Of a DNA stretch of 64,000 nucleotides, positions 51,801-64,000 are shown piece after piece. Numbering within the stretch: position 1 is the stretch's first letter; every line of letters starts with the position of its first letter. The stretch is from Balanoglossus misakiensis (taxonomy: Eukaryota; Animalia; Hemichordata), in NCBI GenBank assembly GCA_040954595.2, contig CM082578.2:14552898-14616897 (forward strand), read 5' to 3'. The notes under the pieces are model-generated. The model was not told the origin of the DNA and did no database searches. It saw nothing but the letters and a program-made list of their open reading frames with translations. Made by a program: the position numbers and the translations under genes.

Positions 51801-54800
51801 CTATAACCCATGATTTCTTCAAAAATCGGCCAAATTTCGAAGTTTGGAAAAGTCGAAAAATCGGCGATTTCCGACGATTTTCATGAGCTATAACCCATGA
51901 TTTCTTCAAAAATCGGCCAAATTTCGAAGTTTGGAAAAGTCGAAAAATCGGCGATTTCCGACGATTTTCATGAGCTATAACCCATGATTTCTTCAAAAAT
52001 TGGCCAAATTTCGAAGTTTGGAAAAGTCGAAAAATCGGCGATTTCTGACGATTTTCATGAGCTATAACCCATGATTTCTTCAAAAATCGGCCAAATTTCG
52101 AAGTTTGGAAAAGTCGAAAAATCGGCGATTTCTGACGATTTTCATGAGCTATAACCCATGATTTCTTCAAAAATCGGCCAAATTTCGAAGTTTGGAAAAG
52201 TCGAAAAATCGGCGATTTCTGACGATTTTCATGAGCTATAACCCATGATTTCTTCAAAAATCGGCCAAATTTCGAAGTTTGGAAAAGTCGAAAAATCGGC
52301 GATTTCTGACGATTTTCATGAGCTATAACCCATGATTTCTTCAAAAATCGGCCAAATTTCGAAGTTTGGAAAAGTCGAAAAATCGGCGATTTCTGACGAT
52401 TTTCATGAGCTATAACCCATGATTTCTTCAAAAATCGGCCAAATTCGAAGTTTGGAAAAGTCGAAAAATCGGCGATTTCTGACGATTTTCATGAGCTATA
52501 ACCCATGATTTCTTCAAAAATCGGCCAAATTTCGAAGTTTGGAAAAGTCGAAAAATTGGCGATTTCTGACGATTTTCATGAGCTATAACCCATGATTTCT
52601 TCAAAAATCGGCCAAATTTCGAAGTTTGGAAAAGTCGAAAAATCGGCGATTTCTGACGATTTTCATGAGCTATAACCCATGATTTCTTCAAAAATCGGCC
52701 AAATTTCGAAGTTTGGAAAAGTCGAAAAATCGGCGATTTCTGACGATTTTCATGAGCTATAACCCATGATTTCTTCAAAAATCGGCCAAATTTCGAAGTT
52801 TGGAAAAGTCGAAAAATCGGCGATTTCTGACGATTTTCATGAGCTATAACCCATGATTTCTTCAAAAATCGGCCAAATTTCGAAGTTTGGAAAAGTCGAA
52901 AAATCGGCGATTTCTGACGATTTTCATGAGCTATAACCCATGATTTCTTCAAAAATCGGCCAAATTTCGAAGTTTGGAAAAGTCGAAAAATCGGCGATTT
53001 CTGACGATTTTCATGAGCTATAACCCATGATTTCTTCAAAAATCGGCCAAATTTCGAAGTTTGGAAAAGTCGAAAATCGGCGATTTCTGACGATTTTCAT
53101 GAGCTATAACCCATGATTTCTTCAAAAATCGGCCAAATTTCGAAGTTTGGAAAAGTCGAAAAATCGGCGATTTCCGACGATTTTCATGAGCTATAACCCA
53201 TGATTTCTTCAAAAATCGGCCAAATTTCGAAGTTTGGAAAAGTCGAAAAATCGGCGATTTCCGACGATTTTCATGAGCTATAACCCATGATTTCTTCAAA
53301 AATTGGCCAAATTTCGAAGTTTGGAAAAGTCGAAAAATCGGCGATTTCTGACGATTTTCATGAGCTATAACCCATGATTTCTTCAAAAATCGGCCAAATT
53401 TCGAAGTTTGGAAAAATCGAAAAATCGGCGATTTCTGACGATTTTCATGAGCTATAACCCATGATTTCTTCAAAAATCGGCCAAATTTCGAAGTTTGGAA
53501 AAGTCGAAAAATCGGCGATTTCTGACGATTTTCATGAGCTATAACCCATGATTTCTTCAAAAATCGGCCAAATTTCGAAGTTTGGAAAAGTCGAAAAATC
53601 GGCGATTTCTGACGATTTTCATGAGCTATAACCCATGATTTCTTCAAAAATCGGCCAAATTTCGAAGTTTGGAAAAGTCGAAAATCGGCGATTTCTGACG
53701 ATTTTCATGAGCTATAACCCATGATTTCTTCAAAAATCGGCCAAATTTCGAAGTTTGGAAAAGTCGAAAATCGGCGATTTCTGACGATTTTCATGAGCTA
53801 TAACCCATGATTTCTTCAAAAATCGGCCAAATTTCGAAGTTTGGAAAAGTCGAAAAATCGGCGATTTCTGACGATTTTCATGAGCTATAACCCATGATTT
53901 CTTCAAAAATCGGCCAAATTTCGAAGTTTGGAAAAGTCGAAAAATCGGCGATTTCTGACGATTTTCATGAGCTATAACCCATGATTTCTTCAAAAATCGG
54001 CCAAATTTCGAAGTTTGGAAAAGTCGAAAATTCGGCGATTTCTGACGATTTTCATGAGCTATAACCCATGATTTCTTCAAAAATCGGCCAAATTTCGAAG
54101 TTTGGAAAAGTCGAAAAATCGGCGATTTCTGACGATTTTCATGAGCTATAACCCATGATTTCTTCAAAAATCGGCCAAATTTCGAAGTTTGGAAAAGTCG
54201 AAAAATCGGCGATTTCTGACGATTTTCATGAGCTATAACCCATGATTTCTACAAAAATCGGCCAAATTTCGAAGTTTGGAAAAGTCGAAAAATCGGCGAT
54301 TTCTGACGATTTTCATGAGCTATAACCCATGATTTCTTCAAAAATCGGCCAAATTTCGAAGTTTGGAAAAGTCGAAAAATCGGCGATTTCTGACGATTTC
54401 ATGAGCTATAACCATGATTTCTTCAAAAATCGGCCAAATTTCGAAGTTTGGAAAAGTCGAAAAATCGGCCAAATTTCGAAGTTTGGAAAAGTCGAAAAAT
54501 CGGCGATTTCTGACGATTTTCATGAGCTATAACCCATGATTTCTTCAAAAATCGGCCAAATTTCGAAGTTTGGAAAAGTCGAAAAATCGGCGATTTCTGT
54601 CGATTTTCATGAGCTATAACCCATGATTTCTTCAAAAATCGGCCAAACTTCGAAGTTTGGAAAAGTCGAAAAAATCGGCGATTTCTGACGATTTTCATGA
54701 GCTATAACCCATGATTTCTTCAAAAATCGGCCAAATTTCGAAGTTTGGAAAAGTCGAAAAATCGGCGATTTCTGACGATTTTCATGAGCTATAACCCATG

Positions 54801-57800
54801 ATTTCTTCAAAAATCGGCCAAACTTCGAAGTTTGGAAAAGTCGAAAAATCGGCGATTTCTGACGATTTTCATGAGCTATAACCCATGATTTCTTCAAAAA
54901 TCGGCCAAATTTCGAAGTTTGGAAAAGTCGAAAAATCGGCGATTTCTGACGATTTTCATGAGCTATAACCCATGATTTCTTCAAAAATCGGCCAAATTTC
55001 GAAGTTTGGAAAAGTCGAAAAATCGGCGATTTCTGACGATTTTCATGAGCTATAACCCATGATTTCTTCAAAAATCGGCCAAATTTCGAAGTTTGGAAAA
55101 GTCGAAAAATCGGCGATTTCTGACGATTTTCATGAGCTATAACCCATGATTTCTTCAAAAATCGGCCAAATTTCGAAGTTTGGAAAAGTCGAAAATCGGC
55201 GATTTCTGACGATTTTCATGAGCTATAACCCATGATTTCTTCAAAAATCGGCCAAATTTCGAAGTTTGGAAAAGTCGAAAAATCGGCGATTTCTGACGAT
55301 TTTCATGAGCTATAACCCATGATTTCTTCAAAAATCGGCCAAATTTCGAAGTTTGGAAAAGTCGAAAAATCGGCGATTTCTGACGATTTTCATGAGCTAT
55401 AACCCATGATTTCTTCAAAAATCGGCCAAATTTCGAAGTTTGGAAAAGTCGAAAAATCGGCGATTTCTGACGATTTTCATGAGCTATAACCCATGATTTC
55501 TTCAAAAATCGGCCAAATTTCGAAGTTTGGAAAAGTCGAAAAATCGGCGATTTCTGACGATTTTCATGAGCTATAACCCATGATTTCTTCAAAAATCGGC
55601 CAAATTTCGAAGTTTGGAAAAGTCGAAAAATCGGCGATTTCTGACGATTTTCATGAGCTATAACCCATGATTTCTTCAAAAATCGGCCAAATTTCGAAGT
55701 TTGGAAAAGTCGAAAAATCGGCGATTTCTGACGATTTTCATGAGCTATAACCATGATTTCTTCAAAAATCGGCCAAATTTCGAAGTTTGGAAAAGTCGGA
55801 AAATCGGCGATTTCTGACGATTTTCATGAGCTATAACCCATGATTTCTTCAAAAATCGGCCAAATTTCGAAGTTTGGAAAAGTCGAAAAATCGGCGATTT
55901 CTGACGATTTTCATGAGCTATAACCCATGATTTCTTCAAAAATCGGCCAAATTTCGAAGTTTGGAAAAGTCGAAAAATCGGCGATTTCTGACGATTTTCA
56001 TGAGCTATAACCCATGATTTCTTCAAAAATCGGCCAAATTTCGAAGTTTGGAAAAGTCGAAAAATCGGCGATTTCTGACGATTTTCATGAGCTATAACCC
56101 ATGATTTCTTCAAAAATCGGCCAAATTTCGAAGTTTGGAAAAGTCGAAAAATCGGCGATTTCTGACGATTTTCATGAGCTATAACCCATGATTTCTTCAA
56201 AAATCGGCCAAATTTCGAAGTTTGGAAAAGTCGAAAAATCGGCGATTTCTGACGATTTTCATGAGCTATAACCCATGATTTCTTCAAAAATCGGCCAAAT
56301 TTCGAAGTTTGGAAAAGTCGAAAAATCGGCGATTTCTGACGATTTTCATGAGCTATAACCCATGATTTCTTCAAAAATCGGCCAAATTTCGAAGTTTGGA
56401 AAAGTCGAAAAATCGGCGATTTCTGACGATTTTCATGAGCTATAACCCATGATTTCTTCAAAAATCGGCCAAATTTCGAAGTTTGGAAAAGTCGAAAAAT
56501 CGGCGATTTCTGACGATTTTCATGAGCTATAACCCATGATTTCTTCAAAAATCGGCCAAATTTCGAAGTTTGGAAAAGTCGAAAAATCGGCGATTTCTGA
56601 CGATTTTCATGAGCTATAACCCATGATTTCTTCAAAAATCGGCCAAATTTCGAAGTTTGGAAAAGTCGAAAAATCGGCGATTTCTGACGATTTTCATGAG
56701 CTATAACCCATGATTTCTTCAAAAATCGGCCAAATTTCGAAGTTTGGAAAAGTCGAAAAATCGGCGATTTCTGACGATTTTCATGAGCTATAACCCATGA
56801 TTTCTTCAAAAATCGGCCAAATTTCGAAGTTTGGAAAAGTCGAAAAATCGGCGATTTCTGACGATTTTCATGAGCTATAACCCATGATTTCTTCAAAAAT
56901 CGGCCAAATTTCGAAGTTTGGAAAAGTCGAAAAATCGGCGATTTCTGACGATTTTCATGAGCTATAACCCATGATTTCTTCAAAAATCGGCCAAATTTCG
57001 AAGTTTGGAAAAGTCGAAAAATCGGCGATTTCTGACGATTTTCATGAGCTATAACCCATGATTTCTTCAAAAATCGGCCAAATTTCGAAGTTTGGAAAAG
57101 TCGAAAAATCGGCGATTTCTGACGATTTTCATGAGCTATAACCCATGATTTCTTCAAAAAATCGGCCAAATTTCGAAGTTTGGAAAAGTCGAAAAATCGG
57201 CGATTTCTGACGATTTTCATGAGCTATAACCCATGATTTCTTCAAAAATCGGCCAAATTTCGAAGTTTGGAAAAGTCGAAAAATCGGCGATTTCTGACGA
57301 TTTTCATGAGCTATAACCCATGATTTCTTCAAAAATCGGCCAAATTTCGAAGTTTGGAAAAGTCGAAAAATCGGCGATTTCTGACGATTTTCATGAGCCT
57401 ATAACCCATGATTTCTTCAAAAATCGGCCAAATTTCGAAGTTTTGGAAAAGTCGAAAAATCGGCGATTTCTGACGATTTTCATGAGCTATAACCATGATT
57501 TCTTCAAAATCGGCCAATTTCGAAGTTTGGAAAAGTCGAAAATCGGCGATTTCTGACGATTTTCATGAGCTATAACCCATGATTTCTTCAAAAATCGGCC
57601 AAATTTCGAAGTTTGGAAAAGTCGAAAAATCGGCGATTTCTGACGATTTTCATGAGCTATAACCCATGATTTCTTCAAAATCGGCCAATCGTCAGAAATC
57701 GCCGATTTTCGACTTTTCAAACTTCGAAATTTGGCCGATTTTTGAAGAAATCATGGTTATAGCTCATGAAAATCGTCAGAAACGCCGATTTTTCGACTTT

Positions 57801-60800
57801 TCCAAACTTCGAAATTTGGCCGATTTTTGAAGAAATCATGGTTATAGCTCATGAAAATCGTCAGAAATCGCCGATTTTTCGACTTTTCCAAACTTCGAAA
57901 TTTGGCCCATTTTTGAAGAAATCATGGGTTATAGCTCATGAAAATCGTCAGAAATCGCGATTTTTCGACTTTTTCCAAACTTCGAAATTTGGCCGATTTT
58001 TGAAGAAATCATGGGTTATAGCTCATGAAAATCGTCAGAAATCGCCGATTTTTCGACTTTTCCAAACTTCGAAATTTGGCCGATTTTTGAAGAAATCATG
58101 GGTTATAGCTCATGAAAATCGTCAGAAATCGCCGATTTTTCGACTTTTCCAAACTTCGAATTTGGCCGATTTTTGAAGAAATCATGGGTTATAGCTCATG
58201 AAAATCGTCAGAAATCGCCGATTTTTCGACTTTTCCAAACTTCGAAATTTGGCCGATTTTGAAGAAATCATGGGTTATAGCTCATGAAAATCGTCAGAAA
58301 TCGCCGATTTTTCGACTTTTCCAAACTTCGAAATTTGGCCGATTTTTGAAGAAATCATGGGTTATAGCTCATGAAAATCGTCAGAAATCGCCGATTTTTC
58401 GACTTTTCCAAACTTCGAAATTTGGCCGATTTTGAAGAAATCATGGGTTATAGCTCATGAAAATCGTCAGAAATCGCCGATTTTTCGACTTTTCCAAACT
58501 TCGAAATTTGGCCGATTTTTGAAGAAATCATGGGTTATAGCTCATGAAAATCGTCAGAAATCGCCGATTTTTCGACTTTTCCAAACTTCGAAATTTGGCC
58601 GATTTTTGAAGAAATCATGGGTTATAGCTCATGAAAATCGTCAGAAATCGCCGATTTTTCGACTTTTCCAAACTTCGAAATTTGGCCGATTTTTGAAGAA
58701 ATCATGGGTTATAGCTCATGAAAATCGTCAGAAATCGCCGATTTTTCGACTTTTCCAAACTTCGAAATTTGGCCGATTTTTTGAAGAAATCATGGGTTAT
58801 AGCTCATGAAAATCGTCAGAAATCGCCGATTTTTCGACTTTTCCAAACGATTTTCATGAGCTATAACCCATGATTTCTTCAAAAATCGGCCAAATTTCGA
58901 AGTTTGGAAAAGTCGGAAAATCGGCGATTTCTGACGATTTTCATGAGCTATAACCCATGATTTCTTCAAAAATCGGCCAAATTTCGAAGTTTGGAAAAGT
59001 CGAAAAATCGGCGATTTCTGACGATTTTCATGAGCTATAACCCATGATTTCTTCAAAAATCGGCCAAATTTCGAAGTTTGGAAAAAGTCGAAAAATCGGC
59101 GATTTCTGACGATTTTCATGAGCTATAACCCATGATTTCTTCAAAAATCGGCCAAATTTCGAAGTTTGGAAAAGTCGAAAATCGGCGATTTCTGACGATT
59201 TTCATGAGCTATAACCCATGATTTCTTCAAAAATCGGCCAAATTTCGAAGTTTGGAAAAGTCGAAAATCGGCGATTTCTGACGATTTTCATGAGCTATAA
59301 CCCATGATTTCTTCAAAAATCGGCCAAATTTCGAAGTTTGGAAAAGTCGAAAAATCGGCGATTTCTGACGATTTTCATGAGCTATAACCCATGATTTCTT
59401 CAAAAATCGGCCAAATTTCGAAGTTTGGAAAAGTCGAAAAATCGGCGATTTCTGACGATTTTCATGAGCTATAACCCATGATTTCTTCAAAAATCGGCCA
59501 AATTTCGAAGTTTGGAAAAGTCGAAAAATCGGCGATTTCTGACGATTTTCATGAGCTATAACCCATGATTTCTTCAAAAATCGGCCAAATTTCGAAGTTT
59601 GGAAAGTCGAAAAATCGGCGATTTCTGACGATTTTCATGAGCTATAACCCATGATTTCTTCAAAAATCGGCCAATCGTCAGAAATCGCCGATTTTTCGAC
59701 TTTTCCAAACTTCGAAATTGGCCGATTTTTGAAGAAATCATGGGTTATAGCTCATGAAAATCGTCAGAAATCGCCGATTTTTCGACTTTTCCAAACTTCG
59801 AAATTTGGCCGATTTTTGAAGAAATCATGGGTTATAGCTCATGAAAATCGTCAGAAATCGCCGATTTTTCGACTTTCCAAACTTCGAAATTTGGCCGATT
59901 TTTGAAGAAATCATGGGTTATAGCTCATGAAAATCGTCAGAAATCGCCGATTTTTCGACTTTTCCAAACTTCGAAATTTGGCCGATTTTTGAAGAAATCA
60001 TGGGTTATAGCTCATGAAAATCGTCAGAAATCGCCGATTTTTCGACTTTTCCAAACTTCGAAATTTGGCCGATTTTTGAAGAAATCATGGGTTATAGCTC
60101 ATGAAAATCGTCAGAAATCGCCGATTTTCGACTTTTCCAAACTTCGAAATTTGGCCGATTTTTGAAGAAATCATGGGTTATAGCTCATGAAAATCGTCAG
60201 AAATCGCCGATTTTTCGACTTTTCCAAACTTCGAAATTTGGCCGATTTTTGAAGAAATCATGGTTATAGCTCATGAAAATCGTCAGAAATCGCCGATTTT
60301 TCGACTTTTCCAAACTTCGAAATTTGGCCGATTTTTGAAGAAATCATGGGTTATAGCTCATGAAAATCGTCAGAAATCGCCGATTTTTCGACTTTTCCAA
60401 ACTTCGAAATTTGGCCGATTTTTGAAGAAATCATGGGTTATAGCTCATGAAAATCGTCAGAAATCGCCGATTTTTCGACTTTTCCAAACTTCGAAATTTG
60501 GCCGATTTTTGAAGAAATCATGGGTTATAGCTCATGAAAATCGTCAGAAATCGCCGATTTTTCGACTTTTCCAAACTTCGAAATTTGGCCGATTTTTGAA
60601 GAAATCATGGGTTATAGCTCATGAAAATCGTCAGAAATCGCCGATTTTCGACTTTTCCAAACTTCGAAATTTGGCCGATTTTTGAAGAAATCATGGGTTA
60701 TAGCTCATGAAAATCGTCAGAAATCGCCGATTTTTCGACTTTTCCAAACTTCGAAATTTGGCCGATTTTTGAAGAAATCATGGGTTATAGCTCATGAAAA

Positions 60801-63800
60801 TCGTCAGAAATCGCCGATTTTCGACTTTTCCAAACGATTTTCATGAGCTATAACCCATGATTTCTTCAAAAATCGGCCAAATTTCGAAGTTTGGAAAAGT
60901 CGGAAAATCGGCGATTTCTGACGATTTTCATGAGCTATAACCCATGATTTCTTCAAAAATCGGCCAAATTTCGAAGTTTGGAAAAGTCGAAAAATCGGCG
61001 ATTTCTGACGATTTTCATGAGCTATAACCCATGATTTCTTCAAAAATCGGCCAAATTTCGAAGTTTGGAAAAGTCGAAAAATCGGCGATTTCTGACGATT
61101 TTCATGAGCTATAACCCATGATTTCTTCAAAAATCGGCCAAATTTCGAAGTTTGGAAAAGTCGAAAAATCGGCGATTTCTGACGATTTTCATGAGCTATA
61201 ACCCATGATTTCTTCAAAAATCGGCCAAATTTCGAAGTTTGGAAAAGTCGAAAATCGGCGATTTCTGACGATTTTCATGAGCTATAACCCATGATTTCTT
61301 CAAAAATCGGCCAAATTTCGAAGTTTGGAAAAGTCGAAAAATCGGCGATTTCTGACGATTTTCATGAGCTATAACCCATGATTTCTTCAAAAATCGGCCA
61401 AATTTCGAAGTTTGGAAAAGGCGAAAAAATCGGCGATTTCTGACGATTTTCATGAGCTATAACCCATGATTTCTTCAAAAATCGGCCAAATTTCGAAGTT
61501 TGGAAAAGTCGAAAAATCGGCGATTTCTGACGATTTTCATGAGCTATAACCCATGATTTCTTCAAAAATCGGCCAAATTTCGAAGTTTGGAAAAGTCGAA
61601 AAATCGGCGATTTCTGACGATTTTCATGGAGCTATAACCCATGATTTCTTCAAAAATCGGCCAAATTTCGAAGTTTGGAAAAGTCGAAAATCGGCGATTT
61701 CTGACGATTTTCATGAGCTATAACCCATGATTTCTTCAAAAATCGGCCAAATTTCGAAGTTTGGAAAAGTCGAAAATCGGCGATTTCTGACGATTTCATG
61801 AGCTATAACCCATGATTTCTTCAAAAAATCGGCCAAATTTCGAAGTTTGGAAAAGTCGAAAAATCGGCGATTTCTGACGATTTTCATGAGCTATAACCCA
61901 TGATTTCTTCAAAAATCGGCCAAATTTCGAAGTTTGGAAAAGTCGAAAAATCGGCGATTTCTGACGATTTTCATGAGCTATAACCCATTGATTTCTTCAA
62001 AAATCGGCAAATTTCGAAGTTTGGAAAAGTCGAAAAATCGGCGATTCTGACGATTTTCAATGAGCTATAACCCATGATTTCTTCAAAAATCGGCCAAATT
62101 TCGAAGTTTGGAAAAGTCGAAAAATCGGCGATTTCTGACGATTTTCATGAGCTATAACCCATGATTTCTTCAAAAATCGGCCAAATTTCGAAGTTGGAAA
62201 AGTCGAAAAATCGGCGATTTCTGACGATTTTCATGAGCTATAACCCATGATTTCTTCAAAAATCGGCCAAATTTCGAAGTTTGGAAAAGTCGAAAAATCG
62301 GCGATTTCTGACGATTTTCATGAGCTATAACCCATGATTTCTTCAAAAATCGGCCAAATTTCGAAGTTTGGAAAAGTCGAAAATCGGCGATTTCTGACGA
62401 TTTTCATGAGCTATAACCCATGATTTCTTCAAAAATCGGCCAAATTTCGAAGTTTGGAAAAGTCGAAAATCGGCGATTTCTGACGATTTTCATGAGCTAT
62501 AACCCATGATTTCTTCAAAAATCGGCCAAATTTCGAAGTTTGGAAAAGTCGAAAAATCGGCGATTTCTGACGATTTTCATGAGCTATAACCCATGATTTC
62601 TTCAAAAATCGGCCAAATTTCGAAGTTTGGAAAAGTCGAAAAATCGGCGATTTCTGACGATTTTCATGAGCTATAACCCATGATTTCTTCAAAAATCGGC
62701 CAAATTTCGAAGTTTGGAAAAGTCGAAAAATCGGCGATTTCTGACGATTTTCATGAGCTATAACCCATGATTTCTTCAAAAATCGGCCAAATTTCGAAGT
62801 TTGGAAAAGTCGAAAAATCGGCGATTTCTGACGATTTTCATGAGCTATAACCCATGATTTCTTCAAAAATCGGCCAAATTTCGAAGTTTGGAAAAGTCGA
62901 AAAATCGGCGATTTCTGACGATTTTCATGAGCTATAACCCATGATTTCTTCAAAAATCGGCCAAATTTCGAAGTTTGGAAAAGTCGAAAAATCGGCGATT
63001 TCTGACGATTTTCATGAGCTATAACCCATGATTTCTTCAAAAATCGGCCAAATTTCGAAGTTTGGAAAAGTCGAAAAATCGGCGATTTCTGACGATTTTC
63101 ATGAGCTATAACCATGATTTCTTCAAAAATCGGCCAAATTTCGAAGTTTGGAAAAGTCGAAAAATCGGCGATTTCTGACGATTTTCATGAGCTATAACCC
63201 ATGATTTCTTCAAAAATCGGCCAAATTTCGAAGTTTGGAAAAGTCGAAAAATCGGCGATTTCTGACGATTTTCATGAGCTATAACCCATGATTTCTTCAA
63301 AAATCGGCCAAATTTCGAAGTTTGGAAAAGTCGAAAAATCGGCGATTTCTGACGATTTTCATGAGCTATAACCCATGATTTCTTCAAAATCGGCCAAATT
63401 TCGAAGTTTGGAAAAGTCGAAAAATCGGCGATTTCTGACGATTTTCATGAGCTATAACCCATGATTTCTTCAAAAATCGGCCAAATTTCGAAGTTTGGAA
63501 AAGTCGAAAAATCGGCGATTTCTGACGATTTTCATGAGCTATAACCCATGATTTCTTCAAAATCGGCCAAATTTCGAAGTTTGGAAAAGTCGAAAAATCG
63601 GCGATTTCTGACGATTTTCATGAGCTATAACCCATGATTTCTTCAAAAATCGGCCAAATTTCGAAGTTTGGAAAAGTCGAAAAATCGGCGATTTCTGACG
63701 ATTGGCCGATTTTTGAAGAAATCATGGGTTATAGCTCATGAAAATCGTCAGAAATCGCCGATTTTTCGACTTTTCCAAACTTCGAAATTTGGCCGATTTT

Positions 63801-64000
63801 GAAGAAATCATGGGTTATAGCTCATGAAAATCGTCAGAAATCGCCGATTTTTCGACTTTTCCAAACTTCGAAATTTGGCCGATTTTTGAAGAAATCATGG
63901 GTTATAGCTCATGAAAATCGTCAGAAATCGCCGATTTTTCGACTTTTCCAAACTTCGAAATTTGGCCGATTTTTGAAGAAATCATGGGTTATAGCTCATG
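45844..64000. repeat. 87-bp satellite DNA array (~208 monomers, runs off the window end) with alternating orientation blocks
   Basis: Monomer TTGAAGAAATCATGGGTTATAGCTCATGAAAATCGTCAGAAATCGCCGATTTTTCGACTTTTCCAAACTTCGAAATTTGGCCGATTT. Orientation: + 45865-49794, - 49795-57687, + 57688-58848, - 58849-59673, + 59674-60835, - 60836-63702, + 63703-64000. Confidence 0.99.

Noticed and set aside
46066-63387. Very long ORFs (up to 1243 aa) of a 29-aa repeat KKSWVIAHENRQKSPIFRLFQTSKFGRFL
   Set aside because: 87 is divisible by 3 and one frame happens to lack stops. The ORFs mostly start at TTG, flip with array orientation and are freely frameshifted, so there is no evidence of coding function.
45844-64000. 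CRISPR-like array or CENP-B box
   Set aside because: There are no unique spacers and the context is eukaryotic. TTCGAAGTTTGGAAAAGTCG only loosely resembles the CENP-B box and lacks the TTCG-n4-A-n2-CGGG spacing.

Overview
Eukaryotic (metazoan, probably invertebrate) genomic DNA with GT-AG introns. From left to right: (1) a 10-coding-exon TMEM43/LUMA orthologue on the minus strand (~1.4-4.8 kb); (2) ~11 kb of non-coding DNA rich in E-box, N-box and CSL-type motifs, leading to a 779-aa orphan ORF on one exon that carries a PLDLS CtBP-binding motif (16.1-18.5 kb); (3) three tandem, apparently intact 11-exon CLCA genes (zinc metalloprotease + vWA + FnIII + TM; 19.3-45.6 kb). CLCA copies 1 and 2 share exon-restricted tracts of perfect identity, and copy 3 has D->N in the HExxHxxxGxxDE motif; (4) a ~6 kb non-coding insert between CLCA copies 1 and 2, built of ~1 kb degenerate modules with recurring splice signals, a recurring hairpin and 89-91 bp minisatellites; (5) an ~18 kb 87-bp satellite from 45.84 kb to the window end. 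The satellite switches orientation six times, has a large fold-back at 49.8 kb flanked by variant monomers, and reuses identical inversion junctions in a ~2 kb higher-order unit. The long ORFs in the satellite are a by-product of the 87-bp period. All family assignments come from recognising motifs by eye; no database searches were run.
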